Made by a program: the position numbers and the translations under genes
Source: Vicugna vicugna
Lineage: Eukaryota
Direction: 5' to 3'
DNA: 21,743 bases
Assembly (NCBI GenBank): GCA_013265495.1
Contig: MU058205.1
Coordinates: 508,312-530,054 of the forward strand
The notes under the pieces: generated by a model
What the model was told of the DNA's origin: nothing
The model's database searches: none
Seen by the model: only the letters and a program-made list of their open reading frames with translations
Part shown: positions 11,993 through 21,743 of the stretch, one piece after another
How the letters are laid out: each line of letters opens with the position of its first letter
Numbering within the stretch: the first letter of the stretch is position 1

Positions 11993-12824
11993 AAGAGTGG
12001 TGAGAACAGATAGTCTTACTTTGTTTCTGGTCTTAGGGAGAAAGCAATCTTTCACCATTAGCTGTAGAAATTTTTAAATGATCATTATCAAGTTGAGGAA
12101 GTTCCTTTCTGGTTTTTTGTTTCTGTTTTTGAGAGTTTTTATCATGAATGAGTGTTGATTTCTGTGAAATACTTCTTCTGCATCAGTTGATAGGACCATG
12201 TGATTTTTCTTTTTAGCCTGTCAATAGAGTAATTACATTGATTGATTTTTCAGATATTGAACCAGCCTTTCATCTCTGAAACAAAGCCCTCTTGGTCACA
12301 GTGTATAATTTATATGCATATATAAAACTGAATTCTGTTTGCTAATATTTTGTTAAGTGTTCATGAGAGATACTGTTCTGTGGTTGGTGTTGCTTTAATA
12401 CTGTCCTTTTCTGGCTTTGGTATCAGGGAAATACTAACTTCAGAAAATGACTAGGGAAGGGTTCCCTCCTTTTCAGTTTTCTCAAAGACGTGGTATAGAA
12501 TTGGTGTTGATTCTTTCTTAAATGTCTGTAGAATTCTCTAGTAAAACCATCCTGGCCTGAACATTTCTTTTGTATGAGTTTTAGAATTACAAATTCAGTT
12601 TCCTTTATAGTTATAGGACAATTTAAGTGATCTGTTTTATGTTGGATGAGTTGTAGGACTTTGTGTTTTCAAAAAATTGGTCCATCTCTTGTAAGTTGTC
12701 AAATTAAAGTGTGTGGAGCTGTTCTTGCTCCTCATTTGTTATCCTGCTGGGTCTGTAGTGCTACACCTTGAGATTGGCTATTTGTGTCCTCACTCGCTCT
12801 CCTTTTTTTTTTTTTGTCAGTGTT

Positions 12825-13339
12825 TGTTACATCACTGAGTTAATGGTGGCCCCTGCACATTGGCGCCTCTGTGCTTTTCTTCTCCCCAACAAGCTGAGAC
12901 ATTAGTTCAAAGCCTGCCAGCGCCAGATTCAAATTCTTACATACTCAGTTGCTTTAAATATGGCCCAGAGAAGCACATCATTATTTTTAGCCATAAGCGG
13001 CTGCCTGCTTTGAATACCCGGTGAAGCCGCGCTCACCGTCTGCTCACCTCTGATCAGGCAAGCTCTGGGGCTGTCAGAGACCTCCAGCAGATGCTGCCGA
13101 GCGATGTCACCCGGACACGTTAAGTCCCCTCGGAGGGGGTGCTCTTCTCCCCAGGTGTCCCCTTGCCCTGTTGCCCGCCGGGCACCTTGTCTGCAAGGCC
13201 TCCTGCCGTGAGGGACTTCCCTCCCACGCAGCCTGTCTAAGTTGTCACAGTGCTACCCAGACGAAGGTAGGTGTGTGCCATGACCGTCTCAAGGTCATGT
13301 CCTTTTCCTTGATCAGCCCCCACATCCTTCAGCTCACCA
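12825..13339 (+). mobile_element. Solo LTR, ERVL class (MER54/MER73-group-like), 515 bp
   Basis: GC-rich block TG...CA inside the AT-rich L1; 5-bp flanks gtgtt/gtttt; 3' motif ttttccttgatcagcccc; the host L1 reads gtcagt|..|tgctagaggtttgtc across it. Confidence 0.75.
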
Positions 13340-14531
13340 GTTTTGCTAGAGGTTTGTCAATTTTATTGATCTTTTCAGGGAATCAGCTTTGTTTTTCTGT
13401 TTTCAGTTTCATTGATTTCTGCTCTTGGTTTCCTTCTTTCTGCTTGTTTTATGTTTATTTTGCTCTTCCTATGCTAAGTTTTGAGGCACTTCGATAATTG
13501 AGACTTTTCCTCTTTTCTAATATATGCATGTAGTCGTGTAGTGCTCTGAACTTTCCTTTCAGCACTGCTTTAGTTGTAACCCACAAATCTTGGTAAGTTA
13601 TATTTTCATTTCCATTCAGTTCAGTGTAGTTTTCGATTTCCCAGGAGACCCTCTTTAAATCATGGGTTGTTTAGAAGTGTCCTGGTTAGTATCCGAGTAG
13701 TTGGAGATTTTCCTCTTGTCTTTATGTTACTGATTTCTAGCTTGATGCCATTGTGGTTGGAGAACACATTCTTTGTGATTGCAATCATTTTAAATTTGTT
13801 AAAGTTTATTTTGTGGCCCAGGGTGTGGTCTGCCTCGATACACGTTCCACAGGACCTTGAAAAGAATACGTACCCTGCTCTCGTTGGGTGGAGTGTTCTG
13901 TAAACGTTGACTCGAACCTGCCGGTTGACTGTGCTGAGTTCTTCTGCATCTTTGCTGATTTCTGTCTAGTTCTGTCAGTTGTTGAGAGAGAGGTGTTGAC
14001 GTTCACAGCCATAATCGTGGGCTTGTCTGTTTCTCCTTTCGGTTCTGTCAGGTTTTAGTTTGACTTATTTTATAGCTCCATTTTTTGGTGCACACATTGA
14101 GGATTCCTATATCCTATTGGGGGATTGACCCTTTTATCATTATATAGTGACCCTCTCTGTCTCTGGTCATTTTCTTTGCCCTAAAGCATGTTTTATCTGA
14201 TAGTGATAATGACTGACTTTGATTAAAATTTGCGTGGTATTATTTTTTTTCATTCTTTCATTTTCAACCTGCCTGAAAACATAATTGAAGTGAGTTTCTT
14301 GGAGGCAGCATATAGTCAGGTCATGTTTTTCCATCTGACCTGCCAATCTTTGTCTTTTAATTGGTATATTTATATGGTTTACGTTTAATATAAGTATTGA
14401 GCTATTAAATTTGTTTTTTCCATTTTATATTTTTACTTTCTATTCTGTTTTTTTATTTCCCTCTTTTCTTTTTCTAATCTTTCTGTGGTTTATGAGAATA
14501 TTTTTTAGAATTCCATTTGATTTACCTATTT

Positions 14532-14883
14532 TTTTATTGAAGTACAGTCAGTTACAATGTGTCAATTTCTGATGTACAGCACAATGTCCCAGGCATGCAT
14601 ATACATACATATATTCATTTTCATATTCTTTTTCATTACAAGATATTGAATATAGTCCCCTGTGCTATACAGAAGAAACTTAGGTTTTTAAATATATTTT
14701 TATATACAGTGGCTAACATTTGCAAATTTCAAACTCCCAAATTTATCCCTTCCCACCCTCTTTCCCCCATAACCATAAAATTGTTTACTAAGTCTGTTGT
14801 CTGTTTCTGTTTTGTAGATGAGTTCATTAGTGTCCTCTTTTTTTTCTTTTTTTTCCGATTCCACATATGAGTGATACCATATG
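14532..14883 (-). mobile_element. Young camelid-type L1 3' UTR, 5'-truncated
   Basis: ttttttattgaagtacagtcagttacaatgtgtc...; TSD gatttacctattt (14519-14531) / gatttacctgttt (14884-14896). Confidence 0.9.
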
Positions 14884-15053
14884 GATTTACCTGTTTCTGA
14901 GTATGACCTGTTTCCCTGATGTTCTGGGGTCTGTCTCTTCACATAGCTGTTTTAGTGGTCGCTCTGGGTATTAGACTGTATATACATACCACAATGTACT
15001 GGTATCATCATTTTACCAGTTTAAGTGAAATATAAAACCCTTACATCCATCGA

Positions 15054-15434
15054 CAGCCATGCCTTGTGCGTCACAGAGTGCATTTTTTACAAATTGAAGG
15101 TTCATGGCAACTCTACATTGAATAAGTCTGTTGGCACCATCTTTCCAACAGCATTTGCTCACTTCATGTCTCCAGGTCATGTTCTGGTAATCCTTGCAGC
15201 ATTTTAAACTTTTTCATTATTATTATAGTTGTTATGGTGATCAGTGATCTTTAATGTTACTGTGGCCAAAAGATTATGACTTGCTGAGGGTTCAGATGAT
15301 GGTTAGCGTTTTTTACCAATGAAGTATTTTTTAATTAAAGTATGTACATTAGTTTTTAAGACATAATACTACTGCACACTTAGCAGACTACAACGTAGTG
15401 TAAACATAACATTTATATGCACTGGGAAGCCAAA
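15054..15434 (+). mobile_element. Tigger1 internal-deletion derivative (TcMar-Tigger MITE), 3' TIR lost
   Basis: Degenerate TIR cagccatgcctt; Tigger1 5' motifs ttttacaaattgaaggtt and ttccaacagcat.tgctcacttc joined at about 15265 to 3' motifs aaaagattatgacttgctga and gtgtaaacataac.tttatatgcactgggaa. Confidence 0.85.
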
Positions 15435-15439
15435 TCCAA

Positions 15440-16200
15440 TCCTCCATGTTACTTAAACTCTCTTATTTTATTTCTCTTCAATTCTCTGTTCTGCCTCCTT
15501 GTAATTTTCTTCATTCTCTATTCCAGTTCACTAATTTTCTCTTTAGTTTTGTTAATTCTGTTCTTTAACTCATTTATTGACTTTTTAAAATTTATAATTC
15601 AGTGACACCTAAGATTCATAATGTCAGCATTTGTTAAAGGATAAGACAGATTTGTGGAACAATCTCAAAGCACACGTTTTGCTTGTGGTGTTTGTGTTTT
15701 GTTTTGTTTTGTTTTATTGAGGAGGAGGTAATTAGGTTTATTCATTGATTTCTGCTTGGAGGAGGTACTGGGGATTGAACCCAGGACCTCTTGTGTGCTG
15801 AGCATGGGCTGTACCACTTGAGCTATACCCTTCCCCCTATTGACTGTTTATTTTTAAAGACTGCAGTTTTTATTTCTAGATACATTCTAGAAATCTACCT
15901 CTTTTTATATCACTTTATTATTTTCTTATGGATTCAATTCTTTTTTACAGTATTAATCAGCTTGAGTATAGTTTCTCAGGTTCTTTTTTTAATCAGATTC
16001 TTGAAAGTTTAATGTTTTTGGATTGCTGACTCATTCAAGATGGACTGTTCCCTTGAGTGTTTTATAAGTTTAGATTGTGAGCTCATCTTCAGAGGAGCTG
16101 TAAGTGTGGGAATCCTATATACCTCGGGCTGAGGGTGTTTCTTTCCAGAGTGATCTGCATTTGCTTCTTCCAGGCATCCCATTATTTTAAATTTCTTGAC
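15440..16200 (-). mobile_element. Degraded old L1 (ORF1/5'-region-like) fragments
   Basis: T-rich antisense motifs such as ttccagttcactaattttctctt; heavily diverged and interrupted by a SINE. Confidence 0.4.
15691..15837 (-). mobile_element. Vic-1-type SINE, antisense, with (GTTTT)n tail
   Basis: ggtaattaggtttatt...ggaggtactggggattgaacccaggacc...ccacttgagctatacccttccccc is the reverse complement of the other copies. Confidence 0.9.
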
Positions 16201-16547
16201 TTGAAGATTCATTTTCCACATTTTTTTAACATTTTTTATTGATTTATAATCATTTTACTCCACATGTTTTTTAAATTTGAACTTATTTTACTCCATTTTT
16301 AAATTTGAACTTCAGACTCACATGATAAACCTTCAAAGTGGAATGTTTTTCTGCTGAGAGGCCAGGCAGAGTCAGAGAGAGCTCCTTGTCTTCCTGCGCT
16401 GGGGAGAGAATTTTCCCCCAGCCTATCCTTTCACTTCCGGCTGAGCCCTGAAGAGAGTTCCAGTTCAGCTCACTACTCCTTCCTTCACATGGGCACATAA
16501 GAAACATTCCAATTTGTGTACACAATAATTTTTTCTCTCAAGTCAAG

Positions 16548-16648
16548 NNNNNNNNNNNNNNNNNNNNNNNNNNNNNNNNNNNNNNNNNNNNNNNNNNNNN
16601 NNNNNNNNNNNNNNNNNNNNNNNNNNNNNNNNNNNNNNNNNNNNNNNN
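16548..16648. other. Assembly gap (101 N)
   Basis: Run of n characters. Confidence 0.99.
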
Positions 16649-16952
16649 ACAATGTTCTTTTCTAGTGTACAGCACAATGCTTCAGTCATATAGGAACATA
16701 CATATATTCATTTTCATATTTTCACCGGAAGTTACTACAAGGTATTGAATATAGTTCCCTGTGCTATACCATATAAACTTGGTGTTTATTGGATTTTGTG
16801 AGAATCCTCCTGTACTTCAAAGCAAGAGACACTCTGCCACAGTTCAGTAGGTGTCTGTGTGATTCAGTGGGTTTATAGATGTAATTCTTGGTGTATTCAT
16901 GGGAGATGGTGAGCTATGAGTCTCTCTACTCTACCATCTTGGTTCAGCCTCT
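16649..16952 (-). mobile_element. Bipartite L1-derived element: L1 5' end (16952-16790) joined to L1 3' end (16789-16649, cut by the gap)
   Basis: Minus strand starts GAGGCTGAACCAAGATGGTAGAGTAG...AGCTCACCATCTCCCATGAATACACCAAGAATTACATCTA (L1 5' UTR-like start), then ATAAACACCAAG...TATAGCACAGGGAACTATATTCAATA (L1 3' UTR, as in 8400-8450 and 14570-14670). Confidence 0.72.
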
Positions 16953-17126
16953 GATTTTCATCTTTTTTTATGCAATGTTTTGGGCTTTATTTCTTAAATA
17001 GAAGGGGATATGGAACCAGAGTGAGAAATTCCAATATTTCCATTTTAACCTGACCATCTTAACCATCTTCCCTTCAATTTCTTGGTTTGTAAAAGCTGTT
17101 TGATGAAAATAATTAGACTTGGCACA

Positions 17127-17615
17127 TTTTATTTTGTGTGTGTAGTGAAACATACATTACATAAGATCTGCCGTTTTAACCCTTTTTAAGTCTACAGTTC
17201 AGTGGCATTAAGTACATTCACATTGTTGTACAACCATTACCACCACCATCCATCTCCAGAACTTTCTCATCTTTCGTATCTACTGAATGCAAACTCTCCA
17301 TTTCCTCTCCCCCATCCCCTCCCCGACAATCACCCTTCTACTTTCTGTCCCTATGAGTTGATGACTCTGAGTACCTCATGTCCTGGAAGTGGAATCTTCT
17401 GGTATTTGTCCTTTTGTGCCTGGCTTATTTCACTTAGCACAGTTTTCTCAGAGTTTATCCATGTTGTAGCATGTGCCAGAAAGTCCTTCCTTTTTAATGT
17501 TGAATAATATCCCAATGTATGTATATACTATATTTTGTTTATCCATCTATCCGTCAATGGATATTTGAGTTGGTTCCATCTTTTGGCTACCATGAGTAAT
17601 ACTGTTATGAACACT
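17127..17615 (-). mobile_element. L1MB-like 3' end fragment
   Basis: tttaagtctacagttcagtggcattaagtacattcacattgttgtacaaccat...catctccagaacttt...tggcttatttcacttagca. Confidence 0.85.
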
Positions 17616-18210
17616 GATAGGCTTGCTTTTAAAACGGGCAGTGGGAAGCATAAAACTGTTGATATTTTTAAATGCTGACAATTCTAATAGCACTACCCTA
17701 TAAGTTTAATTGCCTCCAACCATTTGAAAATCATGAGAGGCTGACGGCTTAATCTTGGAGTGATCATGAATGTAGTTCTTAGGAAACAGGGCTGGCCCAG
17801 GCATCCGCAAAGAAATAGACTATTTGGGCTTAACTGGGGGAGGGAAGGAGCCAGGGCCAGCAGTGCTTGGTCTGGGTTGGACACGGGAGTGCAGAGGTGA
17901 CACCTGCAGGGGTGCACACAAGGGAACCAGGAATGTGGAGCAGGGCCTTCAGGGCCACGGGATGAGTCTGGCAGCCGGGGGTGAGCAGTGGTGGGTCAGG
18001 ATCAAAGGGTGACGGTGGGAGAGGGGGTGGGTGCTCTGCAGGGCCTGGACTGAGCAGAACGAGAGTTCTTTCCTAATAAAAAGCAAAAATGAATCTTCAG
18101 GACTGTGTGAGGCTCCTAATGCTACATCACTCTAGTTTACAGACTCCATGCTGGAAAGCCTCTTTTTCCGGTTATAGAAAGCAGGATCCCAAATTAAATG
18201 TATTCCAAGT

Positions 18211-18371
18211 GGGGGAGGGTACAGCTCAAGTGATAGATCACATGCTTAGCATGCAGGAGGGCCTGGGTTCAGTCCCCAGTACCTCCTCTAAAAATAAGTA
18301 AATGAATAAACCTAATTGCCTCCCTCTCTGCCCCCCCCAAAATAAAATAATAAAAATAAATAAACAAATAA
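18211..18371 (+). mobile_element. Vic-1-type SINE
   Basis: gggggagggtacagctcaagtg...gggttcagtccccagtacctcc...aaacctaattgcctcc plus A-rich tail; partial TSD attccaa. Confidence 0.9.
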
Positions 18372-18974
18372 ATTCCAATGTGTAAAGAAGAAATGAAGAG
18401 CTTTTTCTGCATTGAATGAGACAGACTTCTCACGTGGAATACTGACCCCAGCTGGGCTTAAGCCAGCCTTCCCACAGGTCACGGATGAGGCGACAGAGGC
18501 AAGGCCACAGAAGTCCGCAAGTACGGGGAAAACTGACACCTGTTGTATTTTAAAAAAAAAAAAAAAAAAGAGGAAAGCGACTTCTCAAAGCCTCAAAGTC
18601 TACCAGGTTTTTTCTTTTGTACAGAAAACACTTGAAATTTCTAGGCGACTTTCGCTCTTCATTGCGTGTGTGTATTTTTTTTGAATAGTGTAGCACAGAG
18701 ACAGATTTTAGTCATTATAAGAAGCTTTCCAACTTTCAATATCAAAACAAATTGTCCCCAGTTTGAAATGGCACTGAGTTAGCACATAAGCCAGATACAG
18801 AAAAGGTGGGAAGGTAAGTCAATATGTTTATTGCTGTTTTCACAAAATACTGCTACTTCTTTTTTTGTTATATTAGCAACTAATATTTCATTACATTTTT
18901 ATGATTGTAGCCTAAGAATAAATTCATAGCACCTGTTTTAAAGTTACTTTTCACAATCTCTTTTTGTCTTTCAG

Positions 18975-19055
18975 ATTTTTTGTTTAAATTCTTGGTTATT
19001 GGCAATGCAGGAACCGGCAAGTCTTGCTTGCTTCACCAGTTTATTGAAAAAAAAT
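18975..19055 (+). CDS. RAB4A: RAB4A coding exon 2 (81 bp, phase 1-1), Rab GTPase P-loop
   Basis: Acceptor tttttgtctttcAG| and donor T|GTAAGT. Translates (D)[26 protein letters not shown](F), the Rab4A N-terminal G1 region, and joins in frame to the exon at 21312. Confidence 0.97.
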
Positions 19056-19399
19056 GTAAGTGACGCCATGTGGTCTGTGTTCACACACGTCTCCTTCTGA
19101 GAGCACGCTCCTGCTCGGATTTGTTTACAGCCGGACTTATGAATAGTTTTTTCAGGAAAAAACTCGTAGTTTAAAAATATTTTTAAATGACATTTAAAGT
19201 CTGTTATTAAACTTTTAGTAATCTGATTTTTATTTAGCAGTTCAGCCTTATAGTGGTTCATAGTTCATTACATAGTGTACCGTCTGTACATTTTCCAGAT
19301 ACTGAAATACAGTGGGATGATGTGGAATTTCATTTCCCAGCAGGCTCGTTGTGCCTTTTGAATGAAATAACATCTGTCCTCGGCAGCCTTGTATTGTCA

Positions 19400-19540
19400 T
19401 TAAGGCAATTGTAATCTTCAATTCTATTTTGCAAGTAAAGAAACAGAGGTTCAGAGAAGTGAGTGTGTACCTCTTGATGGTGACCTCATAATTGGTGAGA
19501 CTCAAACCCAGACATTTTGACCAGAGGATATAACTTTTGC
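19400..19540 (-). mobile_element. MIR core fragment
   Basis: attctattttgcaagtaaagaaacagaggttcagagaagt...gactcaaacccag resembles the reverse MIR core. Confidence 0.65.
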
Positions 19541-19737
19541 AATTGCCTCACACTCTTTTGGTAAAGGAGGTTGAATTTTATATTCCAAACTATTGTAAAA
19601 GATGGTAGGTTTGAAAGGCCCTTAAAATAAGTAGTGCTTTTATAATAATGGAAAGAATTGTGGAGAATGGCCTGTCTGTTTGGTAGTCAGATGAAGGCAC
19701 GGAAACAGAGTTAATTTCATTTAATGAAGTGCATCTC

Positions 19738-19885
19738 GGGGGGAGGGTGTAGCTCAACGGCAGAGCACATGCTTAGCATTCGCAGGGTCCTGGGATCAAT
19801 CCCCAGTACCTCCTCCAAAAGTAAATAAACAAGTAAACCCAGCTGCCTCTGCCCCGCCCCCAGAATCTTTTTAAATTTTTTAAAA
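19738..19885 (+). mobile_element. Vic-1-type SINE in intron 2 with perfect 14-bp TSD
   Basis: TSD aatgaagtgcatct at 19723-19736 and 19886-19899; A box TAGCTCAACGG, B box-like GGATCAATCCC. Confidence 0.92.
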
Positions 19886-21286
19886 AATGAAGTGCATCTT
19901 AAAGATGTATGAGATGTGTCAGGTGGTAGGTAAAATGGGAAAAGAGGCAGCATAGTGTGTCTTGGAAAAGAGCTTGAAGAATAAAATTCTAGAAATGCAT
20001 TTTGCTCATTGCATTTTCATCAACCAAGAGCTTGCTGGAACCTCTGTATAGCGACGCGGACCCAGCATGGCTCAGTCACAGAGCCAGTCCTTACCGAACT
20101 GAACACGTCTTCACTCACCGGGTGGTCCAGGCTTCTTTGCCGGTTACCAAGGCTGTTCCTTGCTCCGTCTCAGAAGCGAGCATCCGGACGACAGTGGCCC
20201 AAGCGCCCAGCCTGCTGCTCTCCCCCTCCTCTGGGGGGATCTCCCCTTTGGTCGCCCTCCCCGTCACTCCTCACTGTCACAGTAATGATGTCACAAGGTT
20301 TCACTTTATTTCTCATGTAGCCATGACCTAGTCAGGATGCCCTTGGCCTTTGGCTATGGCCCTCTGAAGGCTTTTACTCCAAGGTGTGCGCAGTGGCTCG
20401 GTCTAGCAGGATGTCCAGTTCTGCAGTGTCCAGGCGTGAGACAGGCTGCCGGGGTCCCTGTTCCCCTCCCCGACCCCCACGCTCCCAGGCAGCAATAAAC
20501 ATAGCTGTCAAGTGGCATCCCTGGCTTCTGGTACAATTAAATTTTATCCTGTGGTTATAAAATATAAGCCAGCTAGTGGACCATATGCCCACGATATCCA
20601 TCACAGAAATTTTCTTTTATAGACGGCTTATTCCAGTTGAGTGTAGCAGGCTACTTCGCCCACCTCCCTGCCCATTCAAACAGTATTGATTTCTCCAGAG
20701 GATTCATTCCAGATTACCGCCACACAGTGCTAAAATTCATGAAATCCCAGCAGCTGTAGATGCATAGAGTTTTTGTTTTTTGGGTTTGTTTGTTTTGTTT
20801 CTCACTCTGTCTTTTCCTCGTTTCCCCTTAATCTTTGATGTCCATTAAGTTTCTTTGTTTCTTTTTTGGGCTTCAGTGCCTTTCCTTCCCTTTACTTTTA
20901 TTTCTTTAGGAGATTTGGCTGAATACTTAAAACCATTACTGGCCAAGTTGCAGGTCTGCCCCTGGGCAGTGAGGCCTCCACGTGGTGCCCAGGCTTCCGT
21001 GCAGCCACCATTCATGAGAACCTTAACAGTGGACGGGGAGACACCATCTCCTGTGGCGTGGCCTTGTCCACGCCCCGGCTTTACAATGTGTGGTTTGTTT
21101 AGGATTTTTGAGGAAAGCTTTTATTGTCTCTTTAAGAACAGGGATTGTATGTGTTCTGTTTAAAAGAACAAGTACTTGTTATCATCTGACTGTTGGAGAA
21201 ATGAATGGCTGAAGTAAATTGCATAAATTAGCTCTTGATTTTAATGTTACTCGTTTAAATCTGAGCCTGTTTCCTTAGTGTTCTAA

Positions 21287-21427
<141 letters not shown>

Positions 21428-21743
21428 TAGCTTTTTCTCTAAGTTAAGAAAAATATTTGAAAATCAGGTTTGAAATAATCAGTTATATTCTCTTAATATA
21501 TATAGTCCTCCCCAACCCTCTCCCCTAGATTTTAGAAATTTTGCCTCCGGAAGCTTTAAGACAAGCAGAAGTCAGTTTTTCTCCATGTAGCACTGATTTA
21601 TGAAAGAATGCATTAGAACCTCTTCCAAGTGAATGTGCCCTAATTTGGAGGCTAATTTATTCTTCGAGACTAGTGAGTGCATTAGGAGGGTGTGGCGATG
21701 CCTGTTCCACACTGGGCTTTTAGATTCAAATCAAAGCAAAATA

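Larger units (their letters stand above)
7340..15050 (-). mobile_element. Old eutherian L1 (L1MC/L1MD-like), antisense, in pieces: 7340-8285, 10323-11494, 11993-12824, 13340-14531, 14884-15050
   Basis: 3' end motif gattcacaggcagtt...catgtacccttt...catcacaaccaggatactga; colinear T-rich antisense ORF2; the minus ORF 13806-14012 (VNVNTSLSTTDRTRQK) resembles the L1 endonuclease GDFNTPLS..DR..RQK motif. Sequence resumes correctly across each nested insert. Confidence 0.85.
1..18974 (+). other. RAB4A: RAB4A intron 1 (5' part runs off the window)
   Basis: Upstream of exon 2, with no exon 1 (MSQTAMSETY-like) found in the window. Repeat-rich. Intron numbering follows the known mammalian RAB4A structure. 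Confidence 0.8.

Noticed and set aside
18552..18569. A18 tract as a retrocopy tail
   Set aside because: No recognisable upstream element or TSD; treated as a simple mononucleotide run.
20143..20157. 15-bp inverted match to 4977-4991 (gttaccaaggctgtt)
   Set aside because: One 15-mer match within 21.7 kb is near chance expectation and it does not extend.

Overview
Mammalian genomic DNA, almost certainly a camelid (Camelus/Vicugna/Lama), judged from five Vic-1-type tRNA-derived SINEs. The window lies inside the RAB4A gene (+ strand). It holds most of intron 1, coding exon 2 (18975-19055, P-loop GNAGTGKS), intron 2, coding exon 3 (21312-21426, WDTAGQE) and the start of intron 3; exon 1 was not found. 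Neither exon appears in the ORF track, whose ORFs are spurious or decayed L1 ORF2 fragments. Intron 1 is a transposon graveyard: an old antisense L1 (about 7340-15050) is interrupted by three younger L1s and a solo LTR, most with readable target-site duplications (TSDs). It also carries further LTRs, a Tigger1 deletion derivative, SINEs and a 101-N assembly gap. I see no convincing new protein-coding system. The most unusual structures are a short element joining an L1 5' end directly to an L1 3' end at an AG boundary (16649-16952), a perfect 16-bp hairpin abutting an L1 insertion (11452-11490), a SINE-L1 tail fusion (1160-1400) and an ectopic 80-bp duplication inside an L1. Repeat family names are from recalled consensus motifs, not from a database search.
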